Source: an uncultured virus (IMG/VR IMGVR_UViG_3300042691_032560) (Duplodnaviria > Heunggongvirae > Uroviricota > Caudoviricetes). From it: DNA of 64,000 nucleotides. Below are positions 36,126 to 45,739 of this stretch, one piece after another. Where the stretch lies: IMG/VR virus record IMGVR_UViG_3300042691_032560; one strand, written 5' to 3'. The number at the start of each line of letters is the position of its first letter. Position 1 is the stretch's first letter. A model generated the notes under the pieces. That model saw only the letters and a program-made list of their open reading frames with translations. It ran no database searches and had not been told where the DNA came from. A program made the position numbers and the translations under genes.

Positions 36126-38498
36126 TTATTGATTCACAAAACTAATGTTATCAACTTTTTCTATTCTAACAACATTATCTGACCAATTTGTAACCAAAGG
36201 GTTGTGTGTTATTACAAATATTTTTTCAAAATATTCTTTAATTTTCTTAAAGAACTCTGAAACCATATCTAAGTTTTCATTTGAAATCTTTCCGAATACT
36301 TCATCAAAAACTATGATGTTTGGTTTTGGTAAAGAACATATTTTACTCAATACCGCTCTCAAAGCTAAGGAAGCGATAGTTCTTTCATATCCCGAACCCG
36401 ATGACATTAACTTTTCAATTTGAGTATTGTTATCAATCATCAAAAACTCAACCTCGTTTTTGTCATTGATTCTAATTTCCAATCTAAAATGACAACTATC
36501 TTCAAGCAACCTTTGTAATTCTGAATTAATTAAAGGCATCATTGTTTTCATAATTAGTTTGGAAATACCATTTTTTCCAAATGTTTCCAAATATACCTTA
36601 TAAACCCGTTCCTTTGACGATTCTTCCTTAATTTTTTCAATTAACTTTTTGTTTTTGTCAATTTTTTCATTAAGACTGTCAATTTCAAATTGATAACCTG
36701 TTATCTTTTTGTTGATATCGTCCTTTTCTCTCTCCAACTCACCAAGTCTAATGTCGGCCTTTATTAACAATTCGTCAATCTTATTGTTTGCTTGTATTTT
36801 TTCTTGAGCCTGTTCGTATTTTGTAAGCTTTTCATTAAGTTTTTCAATTTTCATATTGAAACTTTCTATGTTAAGTTCCAACTTCTCTTTGATTAACTTA
36901 TTTTTTTCATACTCATCAAACTCTTTCTTTAGGTTAACAAATCCCTTCTCTTTGTTTGATAAATCATTCATTAAGTCCTCAATTTCCTTTTTATTCGTGA
37001 GATATCCGTCAAGTTCTGAGATTCTTGACTGTGTTATGGCCGCGTTCATTAATTCAATACCACAGTGTTCACATTTAATACCACCACTAACAGAACTTTT
37101 TAACTTTTCGATTGATGAAATATTGGTTTCAACTTCAACCTTTTTCTTAAACGCTGTGTTGTATTCGTCCTTGACCTCATCATGTTTGTCTTCATGATAG
37201 TATTCGCTAGGTTCAACAACTTTAACTTCGGATAATTGTTTCTCAACTTGGGATTTTTGAGTTTCAAAACCTGAAATTTCAACTTTAACTTTATCAGGTT
37301 GTAATAAACCAATCTCCTTATCAATATCCATGTGTTTGTTCTTCAACAATCCATCACGATACTCTTGTCCTTTTATAATACGTCCTTGAACATCAATCAA
37401 GTTACCTTGTTCAGTTGTGATAAGTTTCTCATTGGTTTTAATAGTCTCCTCATAAGTCTCGATGTCATTCTTAAGTTGTTCACTATTGTAAACATTTGAT
37501 ATCATTGACTTAGAAAACTCAGAATAAATCTCCTTACCCGCTTCTTCCTTTCTCTTTAGAAAGTCTAATCCCATAAAACGAGACAATACTTGACCCCTTG
37601 CTGTTGGTTTAGAGTCAATCAATTCCTCAAGGTTTGTTGCCGTTGTTAGTATTGTCATCAAAAAGTCATCCTTAGAACCTATAGAAGTTTTGATAAAGGA
37701 CTCAGTCTCTCTACGTTGTTCACCAGTGAAGTTCTGTAAACTACCATCGGATAACTTTTTAAAAAAATCTAATTCAGTCTTAACATTCCATTCCCCCGAT
37801 TTCGCTTTCTTTCTTTCAATGTTACGAACAATAATGTATTCATCTCCATCAATAACAATTTCACCTTTAACCGATACTTTATTCTTATCGGTAAATCTAT
37901 TAAAGATTTCCTCAGCCTTTGTTGTTTTGGTTGTTTCATTAAAGAAAAGAAATAAAAGTAAATCAACCGTCAGAACCGTCTTACCACCAAAATTTGGCGG
38001 ATTAGACTCAACTACACTAATACCATTACACTTTTCAAAATCCAACTTTTGGTTTTCACCATAAGATAGAAAATTTGAGAACTCAATGTTTTTAATGTAC
38101 CATCTTTTGAATGGGGACGCTTCTGACTGGTCTAACACCAATTTGTTATCCACCACTGAATCCAATTTATAAACTTCTTCAAATAATTCCTCATTTGATT
38201 TGGATTTCAAATATGACTTTATTAGTTCATGTTGATAGTTCTTATCAAGAATATTAAAAGATATGTCAACAGTATGTGTCGTCTCTTCAGTTATGATTGT
38301 TTTGGTTATAACATTCACATTAGTTGAGAAGTATTTTTTTTGGAAATACTGTCTAACACTTTTAATCTTTTCCTGAGTGAAGTTCTCCGCATAATCCTCC
38401 CAAACGACTTGTATATAAGGGTTTTCTAAATTTTCTACTTCTAAATCGTGAGTCATATTTTTATAATTAAAATTGGGCGGTGGATTAAACAAATCCAT
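36126..38498 (-). CDS. SbcC/Rad50-like (gp46-like) recombination ATPase
   Basis: NFLSYG, Walker A variant NFGGKT, CEHC zinc hook in coiled coil, SGSGYE signature, FDEVFG and ITH motifs. Confidence 0.9.
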   Translation of the reverse strand: MDLFNPPPNFNYKNMTHDLEVENLENPYIQVVWEDYAENFTQEKIKSVRQYFQKKYFSTNVNVITKTIITEETTHTVDISFNILDKNYQHELIKSYLKSKSNEELFEEVYKLDSVVDNKLVLDQSEASPFKRWYIKNIEFSNFLSYGENQKLDFEKCNGISVVESNPPNFGGKTVLTVDLLLFLFFNETTKTTKAEEIFNRFTDKNKVSVKGEIVIDGDEYIIVRNIERKKAKSGEWNVKTELDFFKKLSDGSLQNFTGEQRRETESFIKTSIGSKDDFLMTILTTATNLEELIDSKPTARGQVLSRFMGLDFLKRKEEAGKEIYSEFSKSMISNVYNSEQLKNDIETYEETIKTNEKLITTEQGNLIDVQGRIIKGQEYRDGLLKNKHMDIDKEIGLLQPDKVKVEISGFETQKSQVEKQLSEVKVVEPSEYYHEDKHDEVKDEYNTAFKKKVEVETNISSIEKLKSSVSGGIKCEHCGIELMNAAITQSRISELDGYLTNKKEIEDLMNDLSNKEKGFVNLKKEFDEYEKNKLIKEKLELNIESFNMKIEKLNEKLTKYEQAQEKIQANNKIDELLIKADIRLGELEREKDDINKKITGYQFEIDSLNEKIDKNKKLIEKIKEESSKERVYKVYLETFGKNGISKLIMKTMMPLINSELQRLLEDSCHFRLEIRINDKNEVEFLMIDNNTQIEKLMSSGSGYERTIASLALRAVLSKICSLPKPNIIVFDEVFGKISNENLDMVSEFFKKIKEYFEKIFVITHNPLVTNWSDNVVRIEKVDNISFVNQ

Positions 38499-38501
38499 AT
38501 A

Positions 38502-38696
38502 TTAAATTGGGGTAACGTCAACTACTTCTGAGTTGTTCTCTTCTGTCATGGCTGACATTTGTTCTTGATATTGCTGAAGTTGTTTTTCCAACATTTCAGT
38601 ATATTCTTTTTCCATCTTACGACGAACACCCTTGAGTAGGTTGTTACGATTTTCAACCTTTTGTTTGTGATTTTTACGTTGTCTTGACTTTGGCAT
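38502..38696 (-). CDS. small basic protein (start revised)
   Basis: MPKSRQRKNHKQKV. Confidence 0.6.
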   Translation of the reverse strand: MPKSRQRKNHKQKVENRNNLLKGVRRKMEKEYTEMLEKQLQQYQEQMSAMTEENNSEVVDVTPI

Positions 38697-38706
38697 AATA
38701 TTAAAT

Positions 38707-39051
38707 TTATAAATGATTAGTTTTTGGTCTATTTTCTTCAAACCATTCAACGATGGAGTTAATCGCCCATACCGCTCCTGAAGCCATAAGTCCATCAAAG
38801 AACCAAGATATCCATTTTGGTGTTAGGAAAAGATGGTGAGAGGGGGAAATAAGGACAAGTCCCAAGAAAAATCCAACCCATGTAGACGTACACATCATAC
38901 ATGACAATAGGTCAGAAAAGAATTTAAATAGTGAGAATCTAATTCCCAATAAACTTATGGTATTTCTAAATCCTTCGAAAATACTACCATAAACCATAAT
39001 GTTGGAAAACCCGTAGGCCAACACGAACCACGCAATTAAAGTTGTCATCAT
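38707..39051 (-). CDS. membrane protein, DUF1360-like
   Basis: IFEGFR and LLSCMMCTSTWVG motifs; TM segments. Confidence 0.6.
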   Translation of the reverse strand: MMTTLIAWFVLAYGFSNIMVYGSIFEGFRNTISLLGIRFSLFKFFSDLLSCMMCTSTWVGFFLGLVLISPSHHLFLTPKWISWFFDGLMASGAVWAINSIVEWFEENRPKTNHL

Positions 39052-39061
39052 TTTATTTGTT

Positions 39062-39559
39062 TTATAATCTATCTTTTAAATTTGAACTTTTCATGTAGAA
39101 AGCATAAGAAGTTTTTGTGAGATTTTCAAGGTCATCAACCTTATTTCTTAATTCTTTTATAACCTCATTCTTTTCACCTAGTTGTCTGTTTAAGTTCATC
39201 AGAGTTTCCTGTAATTTACCACATTCAACTTCTTTTTGATTTTCAAGTTTACCTTTTAAAATATAAATCTCGTTTTGTAACTCTTCAATCTTTGTATTAT
39301 CAACTACAGGTTTTTCGATGAAAATTTCTTTCTCAACTATAACTTCTTTAATAACTTCTTTCTCTAATTCACGGTCAATAACTTCAGGTAATTGACCTTG
39401 GTTTAATAAACCATATTTCTCTATGTAATACCCTTTTCTAAAACAAAGTCTTACAAAATCGTCAACTAACTTAATTTCATTAAGGTTACAAAAAGTCATT
39501 AAGTCTTTATAGTCTTGAATACTTAAATCAATAGTTAAGGAGTTTTTCTGTTCCATCAA
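39062..39559 (-). CDS. coiled-coil hypothetical protein
   Basis: EKEVIKEVIVEKE repeat-like segment followed by coiled coil. Confidence 0.65.
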   Translation of the reverse strand: MMEQKNSLTIDLSIQDYKDLMTFCNLNEIKLVDDFVRLCFRKGYYIEKYGLLNQGQLPEVIDRELEKEVIKEVIVEKEIFIEKPVVDNTKIEELQNEIYILKGKLENQKEVECGKLQETLMNLNRQLGEKNEVIKELRNKVDDLENLTKTSYAFYMKSSNLKDRL

Positions 39560-40307
39560 TTATTTGGTCATAAGAATTTAATTTGAATGATAGGAAAGGT
39601 TTTGGGTTTACCAAATTAACAAACTCATATTTGTCATTTTCCACATCATATATACCATATCCATGTTTTTCAATTGTTTCACCAAAGTTTTGTTGAATTG
39701 TTGAGCCAATCATATAAGCCTTCTTGCCTCCAGGTATGTTAAAAACTTGTCTTTTATGAATATCACCACACAAAACAAGGTCACACCCATCAAACTTATC
39801 TGACTCAAATCCACTATCAAACTTGTATCCAACATCAGTTGTCAACCCTTGAACTGGTCCATGAAACAATCCGATTTTCTTTCTATTATTTTTTGTAATA
39901 TCGGGTGGGATATTGTGGTCCATAAGTGAATAAACACACCAGTCAATATTTGCATCTTGATAAACTCCTCTGTTTTTATAATAAACCACCATTTCATTTT
40001 GAAGTGAGTCTACTACAGGAGTAAGAGCGTCTAGTCTTTCCATATTATTTTCCAAGAAGTCGTGGTTTCCGGGTATCAAAATAGTCTTTGCAATTTTAGA
40101 ACACTCGTTTAATGTCCACGCTATGAACTCAACAAGTTCAGGAGTCATTTGGTTTTTACTATGAACTAAATCACCTGTAAAAACTATTCGGTCAGGATTA
40201 ATTTTTCTCCATTGACTAAAAGCTTCTTCCAATATACTTCGGTATAGGTTATGGTCCTTAAACAACCTAACATGTAGGTCACTAAAGTGTACTAGTTTTT
40301 TTATCAT
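39528..40307 (-). CDS. SbcD/Mre11-like (gp47-like) metallophosphoesterase nuclease
   Basis: SDLH, GDLVH, GNHD, FHG and GDIH motifs; near the SbcC homolog. Confidence 0.88.
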   Translation of the reverse strand: MIKKLVHFSDLHVRLFKDHNLYRSILEEAFSQWRKINPDRIVFTGDLVHSKNQMTPELVEFIAWTLNECSKIAKTILIPGNHDFLENNMERLDALTPVVDSLQNEMVVYYKNRGVYQDANIDWCVYSLMDHNIPPDITKNNRKKIGLFHGPVQGLTTDVGYKFDSGFESDKFDGCDLVLCGDIHKRQVFNIPGGKKAYMIGSTIQQNFGETIEKHGYGIYDVENDKYEFVNLVNPKPFLSFKLNSYDQIIDGTEKLLNY

Positions 40308-40528
40308 AGTTGAGTTCCTTTATCAAATAAAGCAAAATCTTTGTTAACGTGTCCACACTTTTCACACATGTATGTAGGAAAAGGAACAAGGGTGTCTTCA
40401 GAACTACCTGTGTAGAGTTTAGACACCCTTTTAATTAAAACGACTTCCTTAAAATATTCACTTCCACAGCTTTCACAAACCTCACTAGGTTGTTCTTTTA
40501 AATCAATTTTTGGTAATAAGTCTTCCAT
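40304..40528 (-). CDS. zinc-ribbon protein
   Basis: CESC...CEKCGH. Confidence 0.7.
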   Translation of the reverse strand: MEDLLPKIDLKEQPSEVCESCGSEYFKEVVLIKRVSKLYTGSSEDTLVPFPTYMCEKCGHVNKDFALFDKGTQL

Positions 40529-40574
40529 ATTTTTTTATGAAAACATACTAAACAAAAACCAAACAATCAAGTAC

Positions 40575-41111
40575 CTATCCTTTGATTGTTAAAAACTCAA
40601 TGGTATCTCTTTCAATAGGATTCGGTATCCAATATTTCAAATAATCCTTTTTGACACCTTGTTGAGCATACTTATTAATAATTGGTCTACCTGTGTTATA
40701 AGCACCTAATACTTTTTTCCAATCACCATACTTTTTAAAATGTTGGGCTAACAATTTCATCGATATATAAACATTTAAATCGATATTCTCTTTTAGCTCT
40801 TTTTTATTTACGGGAAATCCCGCAAAAAATGAGGCGTACTGTGGCATAATTTGCATTGGTCCAACCGCACCCGCTTTTGATACTTGTTTGTGATTATAAT
40901 TTTCATGGTTTGGGCCTAAATACCCTGTTTCCATTCGGGCAACATTAAAAGCAATATGAAGCGGTATGTTAAACGAATCCGCATGAATTAAAATTGATTC
41001 ATACATTTTTTCCGCATTTGTTTTAGGTTGGCAATCAGGATTTTTATGTGTTACTTGAGCATAAATAAAAATTGTTGTAATGAGTGAAAATAAAATTAAT
41101 AAGTTTTTCAT
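40575..41111 (-). CDS. secreted lytic transglycosylase (SLT domain)
   Basis: ETG, GAVGPMQIMP and AYNTG motifs; signal peptide ...IFIYA|Q. Confidence 0.85.
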   Translation of the reverse strand: MKNLLILFSLITTIFIYAQVTHKNPDCQPKTNAEKMYESILIHADSFNIPLHIAFNVARMETGYLGPNHENYNHKQVSKAGAVGPMQIMPQYASFFAGFPVNKKELKENIDLNVYISMKLLAQHFKKYGDWKKVLGAYNTGRPIINKYAQQGVKKDYLKYWIPNPIERDTIEFLTIKG

Positions 41112-41129
41112 AGCATTTATTTTTTAGTG

Positions 41130-41984
41130 TTAAGATAAATATTGTTTCATATTCATAGAAAATACCGTATCAATAACATCTTTTGGTACTCTAAACTCCT
41201 CGAAATCGGAATTTTCTTTCAGTAGCACAATGATACAACCAAAAAAATTAATATCCTCATATTTTGACCCTTTTAACATTTCCTTAAGTAATTTCCCATA
41301 AAATGGTAGTTGTAAAAAGTAGTGACCTAACGCATTGTCAGGGTGTTTTTGAAATGGAGGTTTCATTCTTTTAGTAAATTGATTCTCCTCAAAGTTCTTC
41401 GGTTTATTGGTTTTGTAGTCGGTCACTATTAACCCAACACTTTTTTTGTCTTTACTCTCAATAACCCAAACTTTATCGGGTTGGCCAACATATGATAAAT
41501 CAGGGTCACCTAAAACAATTTCAGTGTCAAGTAAAATAGCCCCTCTATCTTTCATCAGTTTAAGAAAGTTTGTTCCAGCGTTTATCATACTATCACCCTT
41601 TAAAATTTGAGTAAAGTCACAATCAAATTCAGGTTTTCTCACTTCCTTAACAATGTTAAAAATTTCATGCGATTTTTTTTCCAAAAAATAGTGAACCCTA
41701 CTTCCCATATTTGTCGAGTAATCACCCGCGGCTTTCCACTCCGCAAGTAATCTTTGTTGTTCTACAACATCTCCTTTCGCTTTTTTTAATGATATTTCTT
41801 CAGCCGGAAATTCTTCATAAAATTTTTTCAGGACTTTACTTACTGATATCCAATTCGATACAAGAACCCCTTGATTATTCATCATAGTGTAAGTGTGGGT
41901 CTCCTCCTCAAATGTTAATTGAATTTCTTCCTGTCTTTTTTTTATTATACCGTTAATTTCGTCTCTAATTTTGTTTAAATCCAT
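41130..41984 (-). CDS. PD-(D/E)XK exonuclease (RecB/Cas4-like)
   Basis: SVS, GSRVH, TE, GQPD, DYKT and LQL.FY motifs. Confidence 0.8.
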   Translation of the reverse strand: MDLNKIRDEINGIIKKRQEEIQLTFEEETHTYTMMNNQGVLVSNWISVSKVLKKFYEEFPAEEISLKKAKGDVVEQQRLLAEWKAAGDYSTNMGSRVHYFLEKKSHEIFNIVKEVRKPEFDCDFTQILKGDSMINAGTNFLKLMKDRGAILLDTEIVLGDPDLSYVGQPDKVWVIESKDKKSVGLIVTDYKTNKPKNFEENQFTKRMKPPFQKHPDNALGHYFLQLPFYGKLLKEMLKGSKYEDINFFGCIIVLLKENSDFEEFRVPKDVIDTVFSMNMKQYLS

Positions 41985-41985
41985 A

Positions 41986-42888
41986 TTAATCCTTTATTTG
42001 TACATAGTATTCATCTATCTGACCCCTCAAATCACATACGTCCTTATCTTTGGGTAGATGAATAATTTTTATTTTTCCGTATAATTTACCCCCATTTAAC
42101 TCACGATATAATTTAACAGCGTTGTCCCAAGCATCACCATCGAGGGCAATAATGATATTCTTTTTAACCTTATCGTATAGGGTATTAAACAACAACTCTG
42201 ACATATGTTTACCAAGCATCGGAATACTATTTGATAAAAAGAATCCGTCAAATACCCCCTCAACAAGATACACATCCTTTTTCCAGTCAATTAAGTGTTG
42301 GTTAAAGATTATCTTATCCTTTTCGGCTTGAGGGTTTTTATATTTGGCTCGTGACTTGGGGTCCCAACTCCTTGCAATATAATAATTCAATTCCCCCTCA
42401 ATATTATATGATGGTACAATAATTCTACCAGCGTGACTTCCGTTGTCACAAAATCCTATTGAATACCTTTCGATAATCTCATCGGTTATCCCTCTGTTTT
42501 TCAGGTAGTTGTATGCTTGTTTATATACCGGATAGATTGGGTTTGAATCTTTGAATAAAACAAAACTTTCAGGTAGCCTTAACTTTTGTTTTGGTTTTTC
42601 CTTTGGTTTTATGTCCTCAGGTTGAAAAAGTTTATAAACCTTTTTATGTTTTTTGTTTCCGTAGTTATCAATTAGTTTACCAAGAGGTCCGTGCATACCG
42701 TTTGTTTCCGAACAACTCCAACATTTGTATACGTGTTGTAGGTAGTTGACCTCTAAATTACCCTTGTTTCGGTCCTCGTCGCAGAGGGGACAGTTGAATG
42801 AGATTTGTCCTCTGTGTTCGTAGTGCATCTTTTCATCACCAAGAATTTCACGTAGTAACTCAACCAATATTTCTTTTTCATCGGACAT
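41986..42888 (-). CDS. DNA primase (Zn finger + TOPRIM)
   Basis: CPLC..CWSC, YLKNRG, RIIVP, VEGVFD and LDGDA motifs. Confidence 0.85.
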   Translation of the reverse strand: MSDEKEILVELLREILGDEKMHYEHRGQISFNCPLCDEDRNKGNLEVNYLQHVYKCWSCSETNGMHGPLGKLIDNYGNKKHKKVYKLFQPEDIKPKEKPKQKLRLPESFVLFKDSNPIYPVYKQAYNYLKNRGITDEIIERYSIGFCDNGSHAGRIIVPSYNIEGELNYYIARSWDPKSRAKYKNPQAEKDKIIFNQHLIDWKKDVYLVEGVFDGFFLSNSIPMLGKHMSELLFNTLYDKVKKNIIIALDGDAWDNAVKLYRELNGGKLYGKIKIIHLPKDKDVCDLRGQIDEYYVQIKD

Positions 42889-42972
42889 CAGGTAAAAATA
42901 AGGTACAAATTAGTTCATGTCAACTTCACAAGTTTTGGGTCAGTATTATATTTATTGAAATAAAATTTACTA

Positions 42973-43188
42973 ATGCCAACTGTAGTTACAATTAACGACC
43001 TTTCAGGAACAACACCATATGACATTTATATATGTGACAACCCTCAAACACAATGCATTTATATAGACAGAACTGACTCGGCACCATATACATTTGAGAT
43101 TCCCACAATAATGTTAAACTTTTCTGAATTTACTCTAAAAATTGTAGACTCAATAGGTTGTGAAGTTACAACAAATTTAACGTTATAA
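42973..43188 (+). CDS. small structural protein, paralog of the N-terminus of the 45739 gene
   Basis: SGTTPYDIYICD...CIYI vs [13 protein letters not shown]...CVFV; TATTTAT 42949-42955. Confidence 0.65.
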   Translation: MPTVVTINDLSGTTPYDIYICDNPQTQCIYIDRTDSAPYTFEIPTIMLNFSEFTLKIVDSIGCEVTTNLTL

Positions 43189-43189
43189 T

Positions 43190-45739
43190 ATGGCCGTATA
43201 TTGTGCAAATGATGATTATTGTGTAAGTGGTACTGGATTTCCGGCCTATGATGATGTATATACCCAATCAGGTGTATACAATTTAAGAGATTATTATGTT
43301 GGTTCAACTAACGGATATTATATATTTTACGACTCTGGTGGTTTTTGGTGTTTAGCAACGACTTTAGGTGGTAGTCCTTGTTTTTTACAGGGAAAATACC
43401 CATATAACGGAGTATGCCCTGATTTAACTTTTGAGTATGTAAACTCGTCAGTTTGTTTGACCCCTACTCCTACACCAACTGTTAATTGTGATGTCTTCAA
43501 TTTTGAGGCAACACTAATTGATATTCCACCAACTCCAACACCGTCTTATACCCCTTCTTACACTCCAACAATGACAAACACCCCTACGTCATCAAATTTC
43601 TGTCCCAATATTTATGTCGATGCTTATATAACAGGAATAACCCCTACTATGACTCCGACACCAACAATGACTCCAACAATAATGATTTATAGAAATAGGA
43701 GTAATCAAATTCAGTGTAATTTTTCAGGTGACGTTACTTTTGTCACCATAGATTCTGTTATAAATTGTCCTGTTAGTAAACAATTCCAAGATTGTAATAA
43801 CGGATTTATGTATTATACCACAAATGTGGTAAATAACCCTTCAGGTGGTGATTTATCCCAATTTATGATTTTCTTAGGAGTTGTGGATGGGAACGAAAGA
43901 TGTATAACATACATAGGTAATAATTCAACTTATATTGGTACTAATAACATTACATTATCGAGTGGGCCAATTGGTTATTCTAATTTAGGTCAATGTTCAT
44001 TGTGCGCAGTTCAACTTACCCCAACTCCAACACCTACAATGACAATGACACCTTCATCTCCGTCAATATTGAATTTATGTCCTACATTTATAATCGGAGA
44101 AGGAGGGGTGTATACATATGTTGTAGATACTAATACCACAACATCACTAACTATTCCAAATTTATCAAATTGGAATGATATTGGAAATACTCAAACAAAA
44201 TTATTCATATCAACAACAGATAAAATTAAAGAATGGGATATTGTTTTAAACCCATTCTCTGCAACATTTGTTAGGGAGTTAAATGACACAGAATCTAACG
44301 TTACATTTGGTGCCGGACTTTTTGCAATTAATAATAACAAGTTGTTAACATGTAATGTTCAAGTTGGTTTATCACCTCAAACAGTATTTGAAATATATTT
44401 ACCTTCAGCGGGTCAAACTTCATTAAGTAATTTAAATTATAATGAATTATTTAGTTTACCACCAGGAAGGCTGTTTGCGGGGGATTTATTGGCAACCACT
44501 AATAACAAAATTTTAATACTTTCAAGAGAAGGTGATAATACTTACTTATCACAATATTCTTATCCAGATGGAGACCCTGAGGTTGAAATTTTAATATCTC
44601 CAACAATATTAACGCCAACTTCTATTTTTGTAGAAAATGGTTTAATATATGTTACAGACAATAACGCTATAGTTTATAATATTGAAACATCTCCTCCGTA
44701 TACAGTAACGGTAATTACATCACCAAGTATTAATATTTACGGGGCTTCTAATAGTATAAGTTGTAATAACGTATCATTTGAATTTACCCCAACAACGTAT
44801 TACAAATACAGACTTTGTAATGATACTAATGGACCTCAAACAATAGTTTATCAAACCGAACCTTCGTTAACAACTATAGGTACTCAAACAATATTTAACT
44901 TAACTACTAATACTTGTTGGCAATACAACGGTTCTTCAACAACAATACCACAAAATACTACAGACGACATCATAGTTTACCAAGGAAATTACTTTACTGA
45001 AGTTTCTTCAACAATATACACAAATTGTGCTCAATGTATTTCAGAAACCGAATGTAACCCTCCATCAAACTTAACAAGTTATCCTTTCTCATTCGCATAT
45101 AAATTTAATAATGGACCCAATATTAATTGGCCTCAATCTGAAACTGAAATTTGTGATATTATATATTCTTTAGTTGAGGATTTAAGTAATAATGTTATTG
45201 ATAGTTGGGGTGTTTCTAGTCAACCGATTTATTTAGAATCATTAGAGGTCGGAAGTTACGCGTATCTTAACCAAGCAAATTGTAATTGTTATGGAGATGG
45301 TTTTTATTATATTAGGTCATTTATCCTTAATATATACACTATAGTCGAGCTTTCAAATTGTGTCATTGTCAATCTTTGGCCGTGTAATCCTGAAAATGGT
45401 ACTTCACCATCAAACCCTAATGGAACCGGTGGTTCTGGCGGGTCAGGTGGTAATAATGGCAATACTCCAGATGGAGGCCCAAACCCATCATCCATAACAT
45501 GTCAATGTACTGCAGTTAGGACTATATCAGGTTTTCAAGGAACTGCGTTTTATACTGATTGTGATGGAAATCCCGCACAAATTACCGTACCAGGTGGAGC
45601 AGGGATTGCTGGAGCCGCTTGCTTCTGTCGACAATCTAATACCCCTGTCACAGGTGCGGTAGTAATTGAGGCTTGTCAGTCATCATTCAGTCAAGGTACT
45701 ATAAATAATATTTGTAATTCAACAATTTTATGTAACTAA
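43190..45739 (+). CDS. Cys-rich putative virion fibre/appendage protein
   Basis: TPTPT linkers, Cys-rich modules, beta-propeller-like domain. Confidence 0.6.
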   Translation: MAVYCANDDYCVSGTGFPAYDDVYTQSGVYNLRDYYVGSTNGYYIFYDSGGFWCLATTLGGSPCFLQGKYPYNGVCPDLTFEYVNSSVCLTPTPTPTVNCDVFNFEATLIDIPPTPTPSYTPSYTPTMTNTPTSSNFCPNIYVDAYITGITPTMTPTPTMTPTIMIYRNRSNQIQCNFSGDVTFVTIDSVINCPVSKQFQDCNNGFMYYTTNVVNNPSGGDLSQFMIFLGVVDGNERCITYIGNNSTYIGTNNITLSSGPIGYSNLGQCSLCAVQLTPTPTPTMTMTPSSPSILNLCPTFIIGEGGVYTYVVDTNTTTSLTIPNLSNWNDIGNTQTKLFISTTDKIKEWDIVLNPFSATFVRELNDTESNVTFGAGLFAINNNKLLTCNVQVGLSPQTVFEIYLPSAGQTSLSNLNYNELFSLPPGRLFAGDLLATTNNKILILSREGDNTYLSQYSYPDGDPEVEILISPTILTPTSIFVENGLIYVTDNNAIVYNIETSPPYTVTVITSPSINIYGASNSISCNNVSFEFTPTTYYKYRLCNDTNGPQTIVYQTEPSLTTIGTQTIFNLTTNTCWQYNGSSTTIPQNTTDDIIVYQGNYFTEVSSTIYTNCAQCISETECNPPSNLTSYPFSFAYKFNNGPNINWPQSETEICDIIYSLVEDLSNNVIDSWGVSSQPIYLESLEVGSYAYLNQANCNCYGDGFYYIRSFILNIYTIVELSNCVIVNLWPCNPENGTSPSNPNGTGGSGGSGGNNGNTPDGGPNPSSITCQCTAVRTISGFQGTAFYTDCDGNPAQITVPGGAGIAGAACFCRQSNTPVTGAVVIEACQSSFSQGTINNICNSTILCN

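Noticed and set aside
41130..41984. Cas4 as part of a CRISPR system
   Set aside because: No Fe-S cysteine cluster pattern and no cas neighbours; it sits beside the primase like an ordinary phage exonuclease.
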